From the IMG/VR virus record IMGVR_UViG_3300044984_002785: 64,000 bases of DNA; one strand, given 5' to 3'. This stretch comes from a virus (Duplodnaviria > Heunggongvirae > Uroviricota > Caudoviricetes > Demerecviridae). Under the pieces are notes generated by a model that had not been told where the DNA came from, did no database searches, and was given only the letters and a program-made list of their open reading frames with translations. The translations under genes and the position numbers were made by a program. Each line of letters starts with the position of its first letter. Position 1 is the stretch's first letter. Below, piece after piece: positions 8,998 to 17,250 of this stretch.

Positions 8998-10215
8998 ATG
9001 CAAGAATATTTTTTAGCTGAAGAACTAAAAAACTTATACAAAGAAGCAATATACACTTTGCCAGAAAAAGGTATATTTGCACACATTGGAAGCATAGATA
9101 ATGCTTACTTGAGTTATCTAGAACAACAAATAAAAGTAGCAAACTCTGAACAGTTAATAGTAACTGACATAGAGTCCTTTGACAATAATACTGTAAGTTT
9201 TATATATGTAAATATACAAGACACCAATTACGAAATAATCTTAGATAAAATATCAAAATGTTTGTCTAAGGTAATCCCTAGTGGTATTATTGCAGGAAAT
9301 AACTTTAACAGAGACACTAACCCAGCACTATGCAGAGCTGTAGAAACTTTGTTTCCAGAAGCAGAAGTACGTAATAATACCTGGATATTTAGAACAGCTA
9401 AACAAGGGGTGTTTACTTACAGCACTGACGATAGTTTAAACATACTATACAACAGAACTAAACAAATAGCAGAAACACTAATTATTACCGTTCCTAATAA
9501 TAAGAATAGCTTAATGTGTGCTACAAGGGCAATGGATAGCTGTATAGCACTAGGCCAGCCTAATCCCAGTATTTTTTGGGGATACGATGGCACGGACAAA
9601 AAACTAATTAAAACTCCTGAACATTTAAAGCATAGCGATACTATGCAGTTATTAAAAGTAATGGACACAACTCTTAGTATAACAGAAGTATCTTGTTTAC
9701 TAAGTCATATTGCTGCGTGGATTCATTGCGTAAAGATTAATCAACCAATAGTAATTTTAGAACACGATTCTATTATGCTAAAGCCCTTTACTTATTTATT
9801 AGTAAACAATACGTTAGAGTATCTTGGGCATGTTGGTGAACTTGCCAAAGAAATAAACATAGCTGATGTTGAGGAAATGCAAAACTATCTAAAAAGTGGG
9901 CAATATACTCATAAACCTGCTGCAAGGTATTTAAACATACCTCTTACACAGATGGTAAATGTTAATTATTTATTAATATTAGGCTTGCATAACTACGCAA
10001 TCGACCCTATAATGGCACGAAAGTTAGTTAGTTATGTTATAAAGTATGGTCTAGTAAATCCAGCTGATGCTATAATTGAGCAACACGATTTTACTTTAGT
10101 ACAAACAGGAACATATGCAGTTCAGTCTCCAGATGCTGAATCAACTAGTACTATAGATATTGATAAAGCTGGTAATAGAAAGTATACTTATGCCATACCT
10201 GGAGTAGCTACATGA
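8998..10215 (+). CDS. glycosyltransferase family 25-like protein (paralogue 1)
   Basis: EVSCLLSHIAAWIHCVKINQPIVILEHDSIML resembles the GT25 GCxLSHxxxW...ILEDD block (DxD degenerate to EHD). Confidence 0.4.
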   Translation: MQEYFLAEELKNLYKEAIYTLPEKGIFAHIGSIDNAYLSYLEQQIKVANSEQLIVTDIESFDNNTVSFIYVNIQDTNYEIILDKISKCLSKVIPSGIIAGNNFNRDTNPALCRAVETLFPEAEVRNNTWIFRTAKQGVFTYSTDDSLNILYNRTKQIAETLIITVPNNKNSLMCATRAMDSCIALGQPNPSIFWGYDGTDKKLIKTPEHLKHSDTMQLLKVMDTTLSITEVSCLLSHIAAWIHCVKINQPIVILEHDSIMLKPFTYLLVNNTLEYLGHVGELAKEINIADVEEMQNYLKSGQYTHKPAARYLNIPLTQMVNVNYLLILGLHNYAIDPIMARKLVSYVIKYGLVNPADAIIEQHDFTLVQTGTYAVQSPDAESTSTIDIDKAGNRKYTYAIPGVAT

Positions 10216-10862
10216 ATACTTTATTAACAAATATAGTTGACATCACAGACCCTTTAGCTAACAATGACGTAAATAAGTTCAATACCACAGGCTTAAAATT
10301 AGCTGTCGGTTGGAATCACGAAGTAAAAGAAATCGTGGTAATATCTGATCAAATACCAGAAAATTTAGAAAACACATTAATTGATATTTTTAAACAAAAA
10401 TATAGTATTACAGTATTTCCTCAATTTACTGCCAGTTGGGATGCCACAACAGCTACTAATATTATTGATACATATCCAGATTCTCATGTGGATACAAGTT
10501 TTATCAATAGCATAAAAAACATGAATCATGGGTTAAGTAGCAAAGCCATTTGCAGAGTGCTGTCCCATGCTTTAGTTTGGGATTACTGTGTAAAAGCAGA
10601 ACATCCAGTTATTATAATGGAAGCAGGAAGTATTTTAACTAACACTCTGGAAGTACATATACCAAGAAATAGTATTATTAATCTTAGTAATAGTGTTTTA
10701 AATACTGTAAACGTAAATTGGAATAGTTTTCAAGGCATAGATTGTTACAGTGTTGATCAATTTGTATCCAGACAACTATTAAATCATTTATACAAGCAAG
10801 GCATACGAGATAGCCTTAGTAAAATGATACGAGATGATTTATTTTGTATTTGCGAAATATAA
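10212..10862 (+). CDS. glycosyltransferase family 25-like protein (paralogue 2)
   Basis: CRVLSHALVWDYCVKAEHPVIIMEAGSIL aligns with the paralogue 1 block; 4-nt overlap with upstream gene. Confidence 0.4.
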   Translation: MNTLLTNIVDITDPLANNDVNKFNTTGLKLAVGWNHEVKEIVVISDQIPENLENTLIDIFKQKYSITVFPQFTASWDATTATNIIDTYPDSHVDTSFINSIKNMNHGLSSKAICRVLSHALVWDYCVKAEHPVIIMEAGSILTNTLEVHIPRNSIINLSNSVLNTVNVNWNSFQGIDCYSVDQFVSRQLLNHLYKQGIRDSLSKMIRDDLFCICEI

Positions 10863-10864
10863 AC

Positions 10865-10893
10865 TTGATTCTGTAGTTTATTTCTTGTATAAT
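10865..10893 (+). promoter_or_regulatory. sigma70-type promoter TTGATT-N17-TATAAT
   Basis: Hexamers with exact 17-nt spacing 21 nt upstream of ATG 10914. Confidence 0.45.
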
Positions 10894-10913
10894 AGATAAA
10901 TCAAAAGGAAACT

Positions 10914-11405
10914 ATGCCTTACTCTAACAGCCCCCTAAATAAACCCAAAATGAACGAACACTTTAATATTGGCTTTGCCCAAGGTACAAAAAATGACGCA
11001 ATCTTTCGCACTAACGCTCCTTACTCCAACCCTTATCAAGGCGATCGCCCTCGTTGGCTTTTTGTCTGTAGTGCTGGCCTCCTGCGCAGCCCAACCGGTG
11101 CCGCTTTAGCCATTGAGCACGGTATCAATGCCCGTAGTTGTGGAAGCAACTTTAATTATGCACTAATCCCTTGCTCGGCTAATTTGATTAACTGGGCCGA
11201 AAAGATTGTGTTTGTTAATCCAGACAATCAACACCAACTAGAAGACAATTTTGTTGGTATGTTTGATCTACTACAGCAAATTGAAGCTAAAGAAATTGTG
11301 CTCAACATCGAAGATAACTACGAGTACATGGATCCACAACTAGTCAAGTTGTTTAATGAACAGCTATTTCAACCCTACGGCCCTGTAACTAAAGGTTTCC
11401 ATTGA
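10914..11405 (+). CDS. low-molecular-weight protein-tyrosine-phosphatase-like (CX5R) protein
   Basis: RWLFVCSAGLLRSPTGAA matches LMW-PTP P-loop V-C-x-G-N-x-C-R-S-P (CX5R). Confidence 0.5.
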   Translation: MPYSNSPLNKPKMNEHFNIGFAQGTKNDAIFRTNAPYSNPYQGDRPRWLFVCSAGLLRSPTGAALAIEHGINARSCGSNFNYALIPCSANLINWAEKIVFVNPDNQHQLEDNFVGMFDLLQQIEAKEIVLNIEDNYEYMDPQLVKLFNEQLFQPYGPVTKGFH

Positions 11406-11626
11406 AATATACTACTATTTACCACAAAGCAGTAATAGTGCCAGAAGGTACTTCAAATCCTCTATTTGGCCCTGAAACAGCTACTTACGTTGAGTTAGTA
11501 GACGAAGGTGGTGGGCAGTTTATTGAGTTAGTTCAGTATGACCATCTTCACACAGAACAAAAGCTGCGTATTGAGTTCACAGAGTTTGAACACATCTGCG
11601 AAGTAATCGCGACTCTACGCGGCTAA
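11402..11626 (+). CDS. hypothetical protein
   Basis: 74-aa ORF. Confidence 0.4.
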   Translation: MKYTTIYHKAVIVPEGTSNPLFGPETATYVELVDEGGGQFIELVQYDHLHTEQKLRIEFTEFEHICEVIATLRG

Positions 11627-11632
11627 TAACAC

Positions 11633-11708
11633 TCTGGCGTTCGTATAATGGATAATACAGCGATCTTCTAAGTCGTGAATATGGGTTCGATTCCTGTACG
11701 CCGGACCA
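11633..11708 (+). tRNA. tRNA-Arg(TCT)
   Basis: Acceptor CTGGCGT/ACGCCGG, anticodon stem GCGAT/GTCGT, loop CTTCTAA, T-loop TTCGATT, ACCA end; T-stem weak. Confidence 0.5.
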
Positions 11709-11774
11709 TTACAAATATTGACTTGTACTATCAGCCTTATTGATATATAATATAGCCTAATTAGGAGAAATAAT

Positions 11775-12098
11775 ATGTCACAATACACACCAGACCGTTG
11801 GGTCGTCTTAGAACTTATAAGTCCCAAACAAACTATTCGCAAAGTATTTGCTGGATGGTATGGTGGGTACTTAGGCAGCGACAGCTGGAAACTGAATTCA
11901 GGAATCACCGACATTCGTGAACAAGATGACTTGTTTGAGTTTGATGGTTATAGCGGAAGCACGTACTTTTGCCACCGTAATAGCTACGGCATGAGTGGCT
12001 ATATGCACTCAGTGTTGACTAGTTGGCTTAACCAAGCCGAGGCTAGCGGTAATGTTCAAATCAATATAATTGAACTTGAAGATATTGTGGCTTTGTGA
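11775..12098 (+). CDS. hypothetical protein
   Basis: 107-aa ORF preceded by TTGACT -35 (11718-11723) with -10 candidates TGATAT (11741-11746) or TATAAT (11747-11752); spacing ambiguous. Confidence 0.45.
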   Translation: MSQYTPDRWVVLELISPKQTIRKVFAGWYGGYLGSDSWKLNSGITDIREQDDLFEFDGYSGSTYFCHRNSYGMSGYMHSVLTSWLNQAEASGNVQINIIELEDIVAL

Positions 12099-12125
12099 TA
12101 TAATATAGACTGATTTGGAGATATT

Positions 12126-12326
12126 ATGGCAGGCTATTCACGCGATTTTTTAATTGATGCTTTTATGTCACGTTACATTCATTGTCAACTAATTACAGTT
12201 GAGCAGCTTGTACACATGGAACAAATGGCAAACGATCTGTTTGATCGAGTTGGTCGCGATAGCTTCCGTACTTATGCTAGCTTAGATGCTGATGCAATTC
12301 GAGTCTATAAAAACAGTATTGACTGA
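12126..12326 (+). CDS. hypothetical protein
   Basis: 66-aa ORF preceded by TATAAT at 12109-12114 with upstream TG at 12106-12107. Confidence 0.4.
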   Translation: MAGYSRDFLIDAFMSRYIHCQLITVEQLVHMEQMANDLFDRVGRDSFRTYASLDADAIRVYKNSID

Positions 12327-12375
12327 TCGTGGCTATTACTGTATAATTAGTTCTTTAAACAAAGTTCCCAGGGAT

Positions 12376-12770
12376 GGGAGAAGATCAGACCAACTACCCG
12401 AGTAACCCTCTGTGGCGAAATATTGTAGCGGTGGCGTAACAACTGACTGAACTAGGCTGTCGCCTTGACCTAGTTCCCATAATTTAATGCTCAGTCGATA
12501 AATTAATAACGGCTGGTCAGTTCTAGATAAGCTCCAGCGGGGTAGTAAGTTGTTGCAACAGCTTACGTTGAGCATTAAATTATGGGAGAGTAGTACGTGG
12601 CGGAATTCGTTCAACTAAGTGCACTCAATCTGATATTTCTAGACTATAGTTCGGACTCTGTGACCTACAGCAATTGGTACATTCCGGTGAATCTAGACCC
12701 TAAATTCGAACACAGGGAAACATATCAGGAAATTTTAGTTATGGTGGTTCGACTCCACCCTCTCCTACCA
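12376..12770 (+). ncRNA. tRNA-like / tmRNA-like structured RNA candidate (3' T-arm + acceptor + ACCA)
   Basis: 12743-12770 GGTGG-TTCGACT-CCACC + CTCTCCT-A-CCA; candidate 5' partners GGGAGAA (12376) and GGGAGAG (12584); 18-bp long-range helix 12476-12493/12569-12586; TAATAA double stop at 12504-12509; 640-nt ORF-free island. Confidence 0.4.
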
Positions 12771-12925
12771 TATTTAAGCATCCTGGCGTGGCCAGCGGTA
12801 ATAAGACTGTGGCTCCGGTGAATGTCCACCTTATTATGTCGCAGCAACAGGTTGTTTAAATATGGTTGCAGCAGACAGGGGTCTAGAACTCTGAATCGAC
12901 TAGGAATAGGTCAGCGACTACCGGT

Positions 12926-13294
12926 ATGTTCCGACCGGCAACCATAATAAATTTTAGGATAAATATGAATACAAAGCATACCCCAGATCACTGGACAATG
13001 TTCAGTTACAGCAATACTGGTACTGATGTAACTTATAAAATTTTGGCATCTTGGGACGACCTTCAGTTTGAGGGTGGCGTAATTTATCAAATCAGCGAAT
13101 CAATTACTAATATTGAAGAAACTGCTCTTAGCTTTATTGTAACAGATAGTTCTCAGGACGTTTTTACTTGCGAAAAAAGCAAGTATGGTTTCACTGAAAT
13201 TACTACGAATATTTTTAACAATATGGTTCAGGCTGAAAGCCAGATTCATCAATGGATGTTAAACGTACCTTTTACAGATATTCATTCCAGTTAA
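12926..13294 (+). CDS. hypothetical protein
   Basis: 122-aa ORF (alternative start at 12965). Confidence 0.45.
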   Translation: MFRPATIINFRINMNTKHTPDHWTMFSYSNTGTDVTYKILASWDDLQFEGGVIYQISESITNIEETALSFIVTDSSQDVFTCEKSKYGFTEITTNIFNNMVQAESQIHQWMLNVPFTDIHSS

Positions 13295-13312
13295 ACATCA
13301 GATAATATAAAC

Positions 13313-13341
13313 TTGATTTTGTTCTATAATTGTTGTATAAT
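13313..13341 (+). promoter_or_regulatory. sigma70-type promoter TTGATT-N17-TATAAT
   Basis: Exact 17-nt spacer, 22 nt upstream of ATG 13364. Confidence 0.45.
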
Positions 13342-13363
13342 TAATACTTAACACACAATAACT

Positions 13364-14362
13364 ATGCACACATTTAATCAAGAAATTAATAGAGTTGGTT
13401 TTGCCTGCAAGATACAAAAATCTCCTGGCGTAGCTGACCCTAAACTTAATACAAAAGCAACTACAATTACATGGCTAAATAAGCAATCCAAAGATGTAGC
13501 TGTAGCTCGTCTTTGGGACTTAATGCGTCATAATATTGATGCGTTGCGTAATCAAATCGTATGGGTAGGCAGTCGAGACTCTAAGCTAAGAATGTTTCGT
13601 ATTACCAGTGATCTTTTGACTGCCTACACTCACGACGACTGGATGTGGTTTTATTTTGAACCAGACGTTCTGCGTTTTTTAGAAACCAATTTAAGTAAAA
13701 TTGGTGAATTAGCCCGCAGCCTTGATGTGCGTTTATCGTTTCATCCAGGTCAATTCTGCGTTTTAGCGAGTGAACATGATGTTATCGTTGATAGGAGTAT
13801 TCTTGAGTTTGAGTACCATTGTGACCTTATCAGATATATGGGTTATGGTAAGCAATTTCAAGACTTTAAGTGCAATGTACATATCGGAGGTAAACGAGGA
13901 CCTCTTGGGATTCAAACTGCATTAAAAAAGCTGAGTCCAGAAGCTAGAAATTGTTTGACTATTGAAAATGCCGAGTTTACTTGGGGACTAGATGCTAGTC
14001 TGGAGTTAGCCAAAGACTGTGCCTTAGTATTAGATATTCATCATAACTGGATTAATACTGGTGAGTACATTGAGCCTAGTGATTCAAAGTTTCAAAAAGT
14101 TATTGATAGTTGGCGAGGCGTTAGGCCTGTTATACACTATTCCGTATCACGTGAAGATGTGCTAGTAGACCATGATCCTCTAACAAAACCTGACTTTAAA
14201 TTACTTAAATCTACAGGTTATACATCAGCTAAGCTCCGTGCTCACAGTGACTACTACTGGAATCAACCAGTAAATACTTGGGCCTTGACATTTAGTCCTT
14301 ATGCTGATATAATGTGTGAATCAAAAGAAAAAAACTTGGCTGTTGACGATTTTTTAATTTAA
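13364..14362 (+). CDS. UvdE-like / xylose-isomerase-like TIM-barrel endonuclease (tentative)
   Basis: 332 aa; LRMFRITSDLLTAY parallels UvdE IKLFRISSEIFPFA; size fits UV-damage endonuclease / AP-endonuclease family 2. Confidence 0.35.
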   Translation: MHTFNQEINRVGFACKIQKSPGVADPKLNTKATTITWLNKQSKDVAVARLWDLMRHNIDALRNQIVWVGSRDSKLRMFRITSDLLTAYTHDDWMWFYFEPDVLRFLETNLSKIGELARSLDVRLSFHPGQFCVLASEHDVIVDRSILEFEYHCDLIRYMGYGKQFQDFKCNVHIGGKRGPLGIQTALKKLSPEARNCLTIENAEFTWGLDASLELAKDCALVLDIHHNWINTGEYIEPSDSKFQKVIDSWRGVRPVIHYSVSREDVLVDHDPLTKPDFKLLKSTGYTSAKLRAHSDYYWNQPVNTWALTFSPYADIMCESKEKNLAVDDFLI

Positions 14363-14424
14363 TTGTTGCGATTCCGACAACCGCATCGGATAAGATTTGT
14401 TAGTTTGCTTCCCTAAACTAATAT

Positions 14425-14498
14425 CTCGGTGTAGTGAAATGGCATCACTCGTGCTTTGGGAGCATGGAGCGCAAGTTCGATTCTTGCCATCGAGACCA
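14425..14498 (+). tRNA. tRNA-Pro(TGG)
   Basis: Acceptor CTCGGTG/CATCGAG, D-stem GTGA/TCAC, anticodon loop TTTGGGA, T-arm GCAAG-TTCGATT-CTTGC, ACCA. Confidence 0.7.
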
Positions 14499-14687
14499 TT
14501 TTAATTTGTATGTTGCTAGATTCCGGTTCAGTCGCGGAGCTTTATGTACTTGAGACATGATACACCTAGGAAGGTATCGTGGTATGGTATGAGTCTTGGA
14601 ACAGGTCTGTGTCATGAACAGAATAAGCCAAGACCACAGCCTTAGCGGGTTGGGTAGTAAACAGCATACAAACTAAAATGAAATTAT

Positions 14688-14771
14688 GCGTTGGTGGTGG
14701 AATGGTATACACGCTGGTCTTAGAAGCCAGTGCCGAAAGGATTGAGAGTTCGAGTCTCTCTCGACGCACCA
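14688..14771 (+). tRNA. tRNA-Leu(TAG), class II
   Basis: Acceptor GCGTTGG/TCGACGC, anticodon loop CTTAGAA, long variable arm, T-arm GAGAG-TTCGAGT-CTCTC, ACCA. Confidence 0.7.
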
Positions 14772-14776
14772 TATTA

Positions 14777-14852
14777 GGGGAATTAGCTCAGCTGGGAGAG
14801 CGGCTGCTTTGCAAGCAGTAGGTCAACGGTTCGATCCCGTTATTCTCCACCA
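14777..14852 (+). tRNA. tRNA-Ala(TGC)
   Basis: GGGGAAT...TAGCTCAGCTGGGAGAGC D-arm, anticodon loop TTGCAAG, T-arm AACGG-TTCGATC-CCGTT, ACCA. Confidence 0.75.
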
Positions 14853-15110
14853 AATCAAAAAAGGATATTATGAAATATCAGTTTATTAAAGCAAGTTGGT
14901 TTAGTGGTACTCCATTTATTTGGAACGCAGTACAATCAAGCAATAATACACAGGCTAGAATTTTTAGATTCGGCCCTATCTTACTCAGAGTAGAAAAATG
15001 AAAACACCCAAACCTAGGAATCACGTTGTTTTAGCTTTAATGAAGCGAAATGGTAGTGGTTCACATCAAAAAAGCCACAAACAGCTTCGTGGCAAATGGA
15101 AGCGTAGCCT

Positions 15111-15185
15111 GGACGTATAACTTAGCGGCTAAAGTAACTGGCTTTTAACCAGTAAATCAGAGTTCGATTCTCTGTGCGTCCACCA
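15111..15185 (+). tRNA. tRNA-Lys(TTT)
   Basis: Acceptor GGACGTA/TGCGTCC, anticodon stem ACTGG/CCAGT, loop CTTTTAA, T-arm CAGAG-TTCGATT-CTCTG, ACCA. Confidence 0.75.
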
Positions 15186-15304
15186 TATTTGAGCATATTA
15201 ACAGATGGCGTTCAACCACTTGTTTAATCCTTGCAAGGCAACACGTTTACGGGAACAAAGTACAAGTTCCAAAAGTGGATGTTAGTATGCTCAAATATGG
15301 TCAT

Positions 15305-15396
15305 AGCTCTATAGTTTAATGGTAAAACGGCGGATTTATATCCCGTAAGCAACAGATAATTGGTTCATCTGGGTTCGAGTCCCGGTGGAGCTACCA
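15305..15396 (+). tRNA. atypical tRNA, probable anticodon TAT (Ile) with 22-nt extra region
   Basis: Acceptor AGCTCTA/TGGAGCT, D-stem GTTT/AAAC, anticodon loop TTTATAT (U33, A37), T-arm CTGGG-TTCGAGT-CCCGG, ACCA; variable region 22 nt and may pair (CAGAT...ATCTG). Confidence 0.4.
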
Positions 15397-15400
15397 ATAC

Positions 15401-15487
15401 GGAAGATGTGCTGCAAGGTGCGGCAGGAGTTTGCTAAACTCTCGTTCAGAAATGGGCTGACAGGTTCGATTCCTGTATCTTCCGCCA
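15401..15487 (+). tRNA. tRNA-Ser(GCT), class II
   Basis: Acceptor GGAAGAT/ATCTTCC, anticodon GGAGT-TTGCTAA-ACTCT, long variable arm, T-arm ACAGG-TTCGATT-CCTGT, GCCA. Confidence 0.75.
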
Positions 15488-15505
15488 AATAACAAAAGGA
15501 TTATT

Positions 15506-15730
15506 ATGCCTTGTATGAAATGCGCTAATGGTAAGTATAAATATGGTGAACATGGAAAATGTGTTTACGATACTCTAGCTGCGTGCAAACGTGCCGCTGC
15601 AGCAATACATATTCATGAACCAGGCCCACATGGGCCTATTCCTAGTACTGAACCAGCTAAAACAGCGGCAGCAATGTCACCTTGGCACGATTCTAGTTGT
15701 AAATGCTCTAAGTGCTTAAAGAAATCTTAG
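15506..15730 (+). CDS. small Cys-rich protein embedded in tRNA array
   Basis: 74 aa with 8 Cys (CMKC...CKCSKC); RBS-like AAAGGA upstream. Confidence 0.45.
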   Translation: MPCMKCANGKYKYGEHGKCVYDTLAACKRAAAAIHIHEPGPHGPIPSTEPAKTAAAMSPWHDSSCKCSKCLKKS

Positions 15731-15732
15731 GT

Positions 15733-15806
15733 GTGGCTATAGTGTAATGGTTAGCACCCGAGATTGTGATTCTTTTAGTCTGAGTTCGATCCTCAGTAGT
15801 CACCCC
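15733..15806 (+). tRNA. tRNA-His(GTG)
   Basis: Acceptor GTGGCTA/TAGTCAC, D-stem GTGT/GCAC, anticodon loop TTGTGAT, T-arm CTGAG-TTCGATC-CTCAG; no encoded G-1, 3' end CC-T. Confidence 0.6.
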
Positions 15807-16068
15807 TAAGATATTTTTACACTTGAAAAAATTAACCGAATCTAGTATAATTATGAATCAAATACAAGTTTTATTAGATAAAGAAGCAGAATTAGGTAAT
15901 AGACGTTATTACATATTACAACAGATTAAAGCACAGCGGGGTACACAGCCACCGCATTGTTGGGGAATGGACGACTGTTCAACCCTAACGCTTAGTCAGT
16001 GTCCTTGGCGTATAGATTGTGGCGAACATGAGTCACAAGTTTACCAAGAACAATTATCATTATTTTAA

Positions 16069-16144
16069 GCCGCGATAGCTCATCAGGTAGAGCAGCAGAC
16101 TGAAAATCTGTGTGTGGCTGGTTCGAGTCCAGTTCGCGGTACCA
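16069..16144 (+). tRNA. tRNA-Phe(GAA)
   Basis: GCCGCGATAGCTCATCAGGTAGAGCA, anticodon loop CTGAAAA, T-loop TTCGAGT, acceptor 3' TCGCGGT-A-CCA. Confidence 0.75.
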
Positions 16145-16149
16145 AATAC

Positions 16150-16224
16150 GCGCTTGTAGCTCAGAGGAAGAGCATTCGCTTGATAAGCGAAAGGCCGACA
16201 TTTCGAAATTGTCCAAGCGTACCA
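16150..16224 (+). tRNA. tRNA-Ile(GAT)
   Basis: GCGCTTGTAGCTCAGAGGAAGAGCA, anticodon TTCGC-TTGATAA-GCGAA, acceptor 3' CAAGCGT-A-CCA. Confidence 0.7.
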
Positions 16225-16305
16225 GTAACTATCTAGATACTCTAATTCTAGTAACTCTGCGAATCGGGTTAGAATTCGCACAACACACAACACAGGAGAC
16301 TACTA

Positions 16306-16538
16306 TGTCCAACAAATCCCCTTTTGAAATTCGTCTTGAAATCCTCAAGATGACCGCAGAACTTATGAAATCTGAGTATGAATCCAATATGGAATTCATT
16401 ACTGAAATGCAAGAAAATCTAGCTGACAAAGGGTTAAACACCCAGGCTATGATTGAAAAATTTATGCCAAAACCATTTAGTTTTGATGAAATGCTGGCAA
16501 AGTCCAAGCAGTTCTATGAGTTTGTAAATGCTAAGTGA
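16306..16538 (+). CDS. hypothetical protein (77 aa)
   Basis: ORF track 16110-16538 trimmed to first ATG downstream of tRNA-Ile (MSNKSPFEIRLEIL...). Confidence 0.45.
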
Positions 16539-16728
16539 GTTAATGCAGCGTGTACAGGAAGTATTCAAGCCTTACACGATGGACGACTTTATGAATGACG
16601 GTTGCCCACAAGATCATGCAGATGTTCAAAGACTTGAACTTGTCTGGCAGTCTTACCAAAACCGAAAACTTTTCAATACCTGTTACTAAATTTTACGCTC
16701 AAAGGGAAACCTTTGGGCGTTTTGGCCT

Positions 16729-17250
16729 ATGCAACTAAATTATAATGAATATGCAGACAAAATAGATTTAAAATATTCTATTATTCAAGGTTTGCTGGTA
16801 GAAGATGTATCAGGTGTGCTGACTGTGTCTACTGATTTTAAACCAAATACTATTTATTTAAATAAGTATAATAGAACAGCAGCTATCATAGTAGCTGAAA
16901 AAGAATATATAGGAAGACCGTATATTCTTAAAAAGTCGGACTGTATTAAATTAGTCAATGAGTGGCTAGATGACAGACTAAATACCGACTACGTAAAAAG
17001 ATACAAAGAAACTGACAATAGACAGTTTAAAAGATATTACGCCGAAGGTGTAAAGTACGCATATTTAGATAATGGATTTACAGAAGTTGTTGATCAATCT
17101 ATGAATGTAGGAGACGTATTATTATATACTACTAATCTTCATGTTGCAGTGTATGTAGGTAATAATACAATTTTACATCATTTGCCGCGTAAACTATCTT
17201 GTTATGATACTTTAGATAGTGCAAGTATACTAGGAGTATATAGACCATGA
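16729..17250 (+). CDS. NlpC/P60-family peptidase-like protein
   Basis: KKSDCIKLVNEWL (catalytic Cys context) and GDVLLYTTNLHVAVYVGNNTILHH (His context) in NlpC/P60 order. Confidence 0.45.
   Translation: MQLNYNEYADKIDLKYSIIQGLLVEDVSGVLTVSTDFKPNTIYLNKYNRTAAIIVAEKEYIGRPYILKKSDCIKLVNEWLDDRLNTDYVKRYKETDNRQFKRYYAEGVKYAYLDNGFTEVVDQSMNVGDVLLYTTNLHVAVYVGNNTILHHLPRKLSCYDTLDSASILGVYRP

Noticed and set aside
12336-12821. Overlapping ORFs 12336-12614 (-) and 12597-12821 (+)
   Set aside because: They cover the highly structured RNA island, overlap each other on opposite strands and have no RBS; the T-arm/ACCA element lies inside the plus ORF.
14566-14772. Minus-strand 68-aa ORF
   Set aside because: Overlaps tRNA-Leu(TAG) 14688-14771 and the tRNA spacer; judged artefactual.
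16110-16305. N-terminal extension of ORF 16110-16538
   Set aside because: The extension runs through tRNA-Phe and tRNA-Ile; the CDS was trimmed to ATG 16306.
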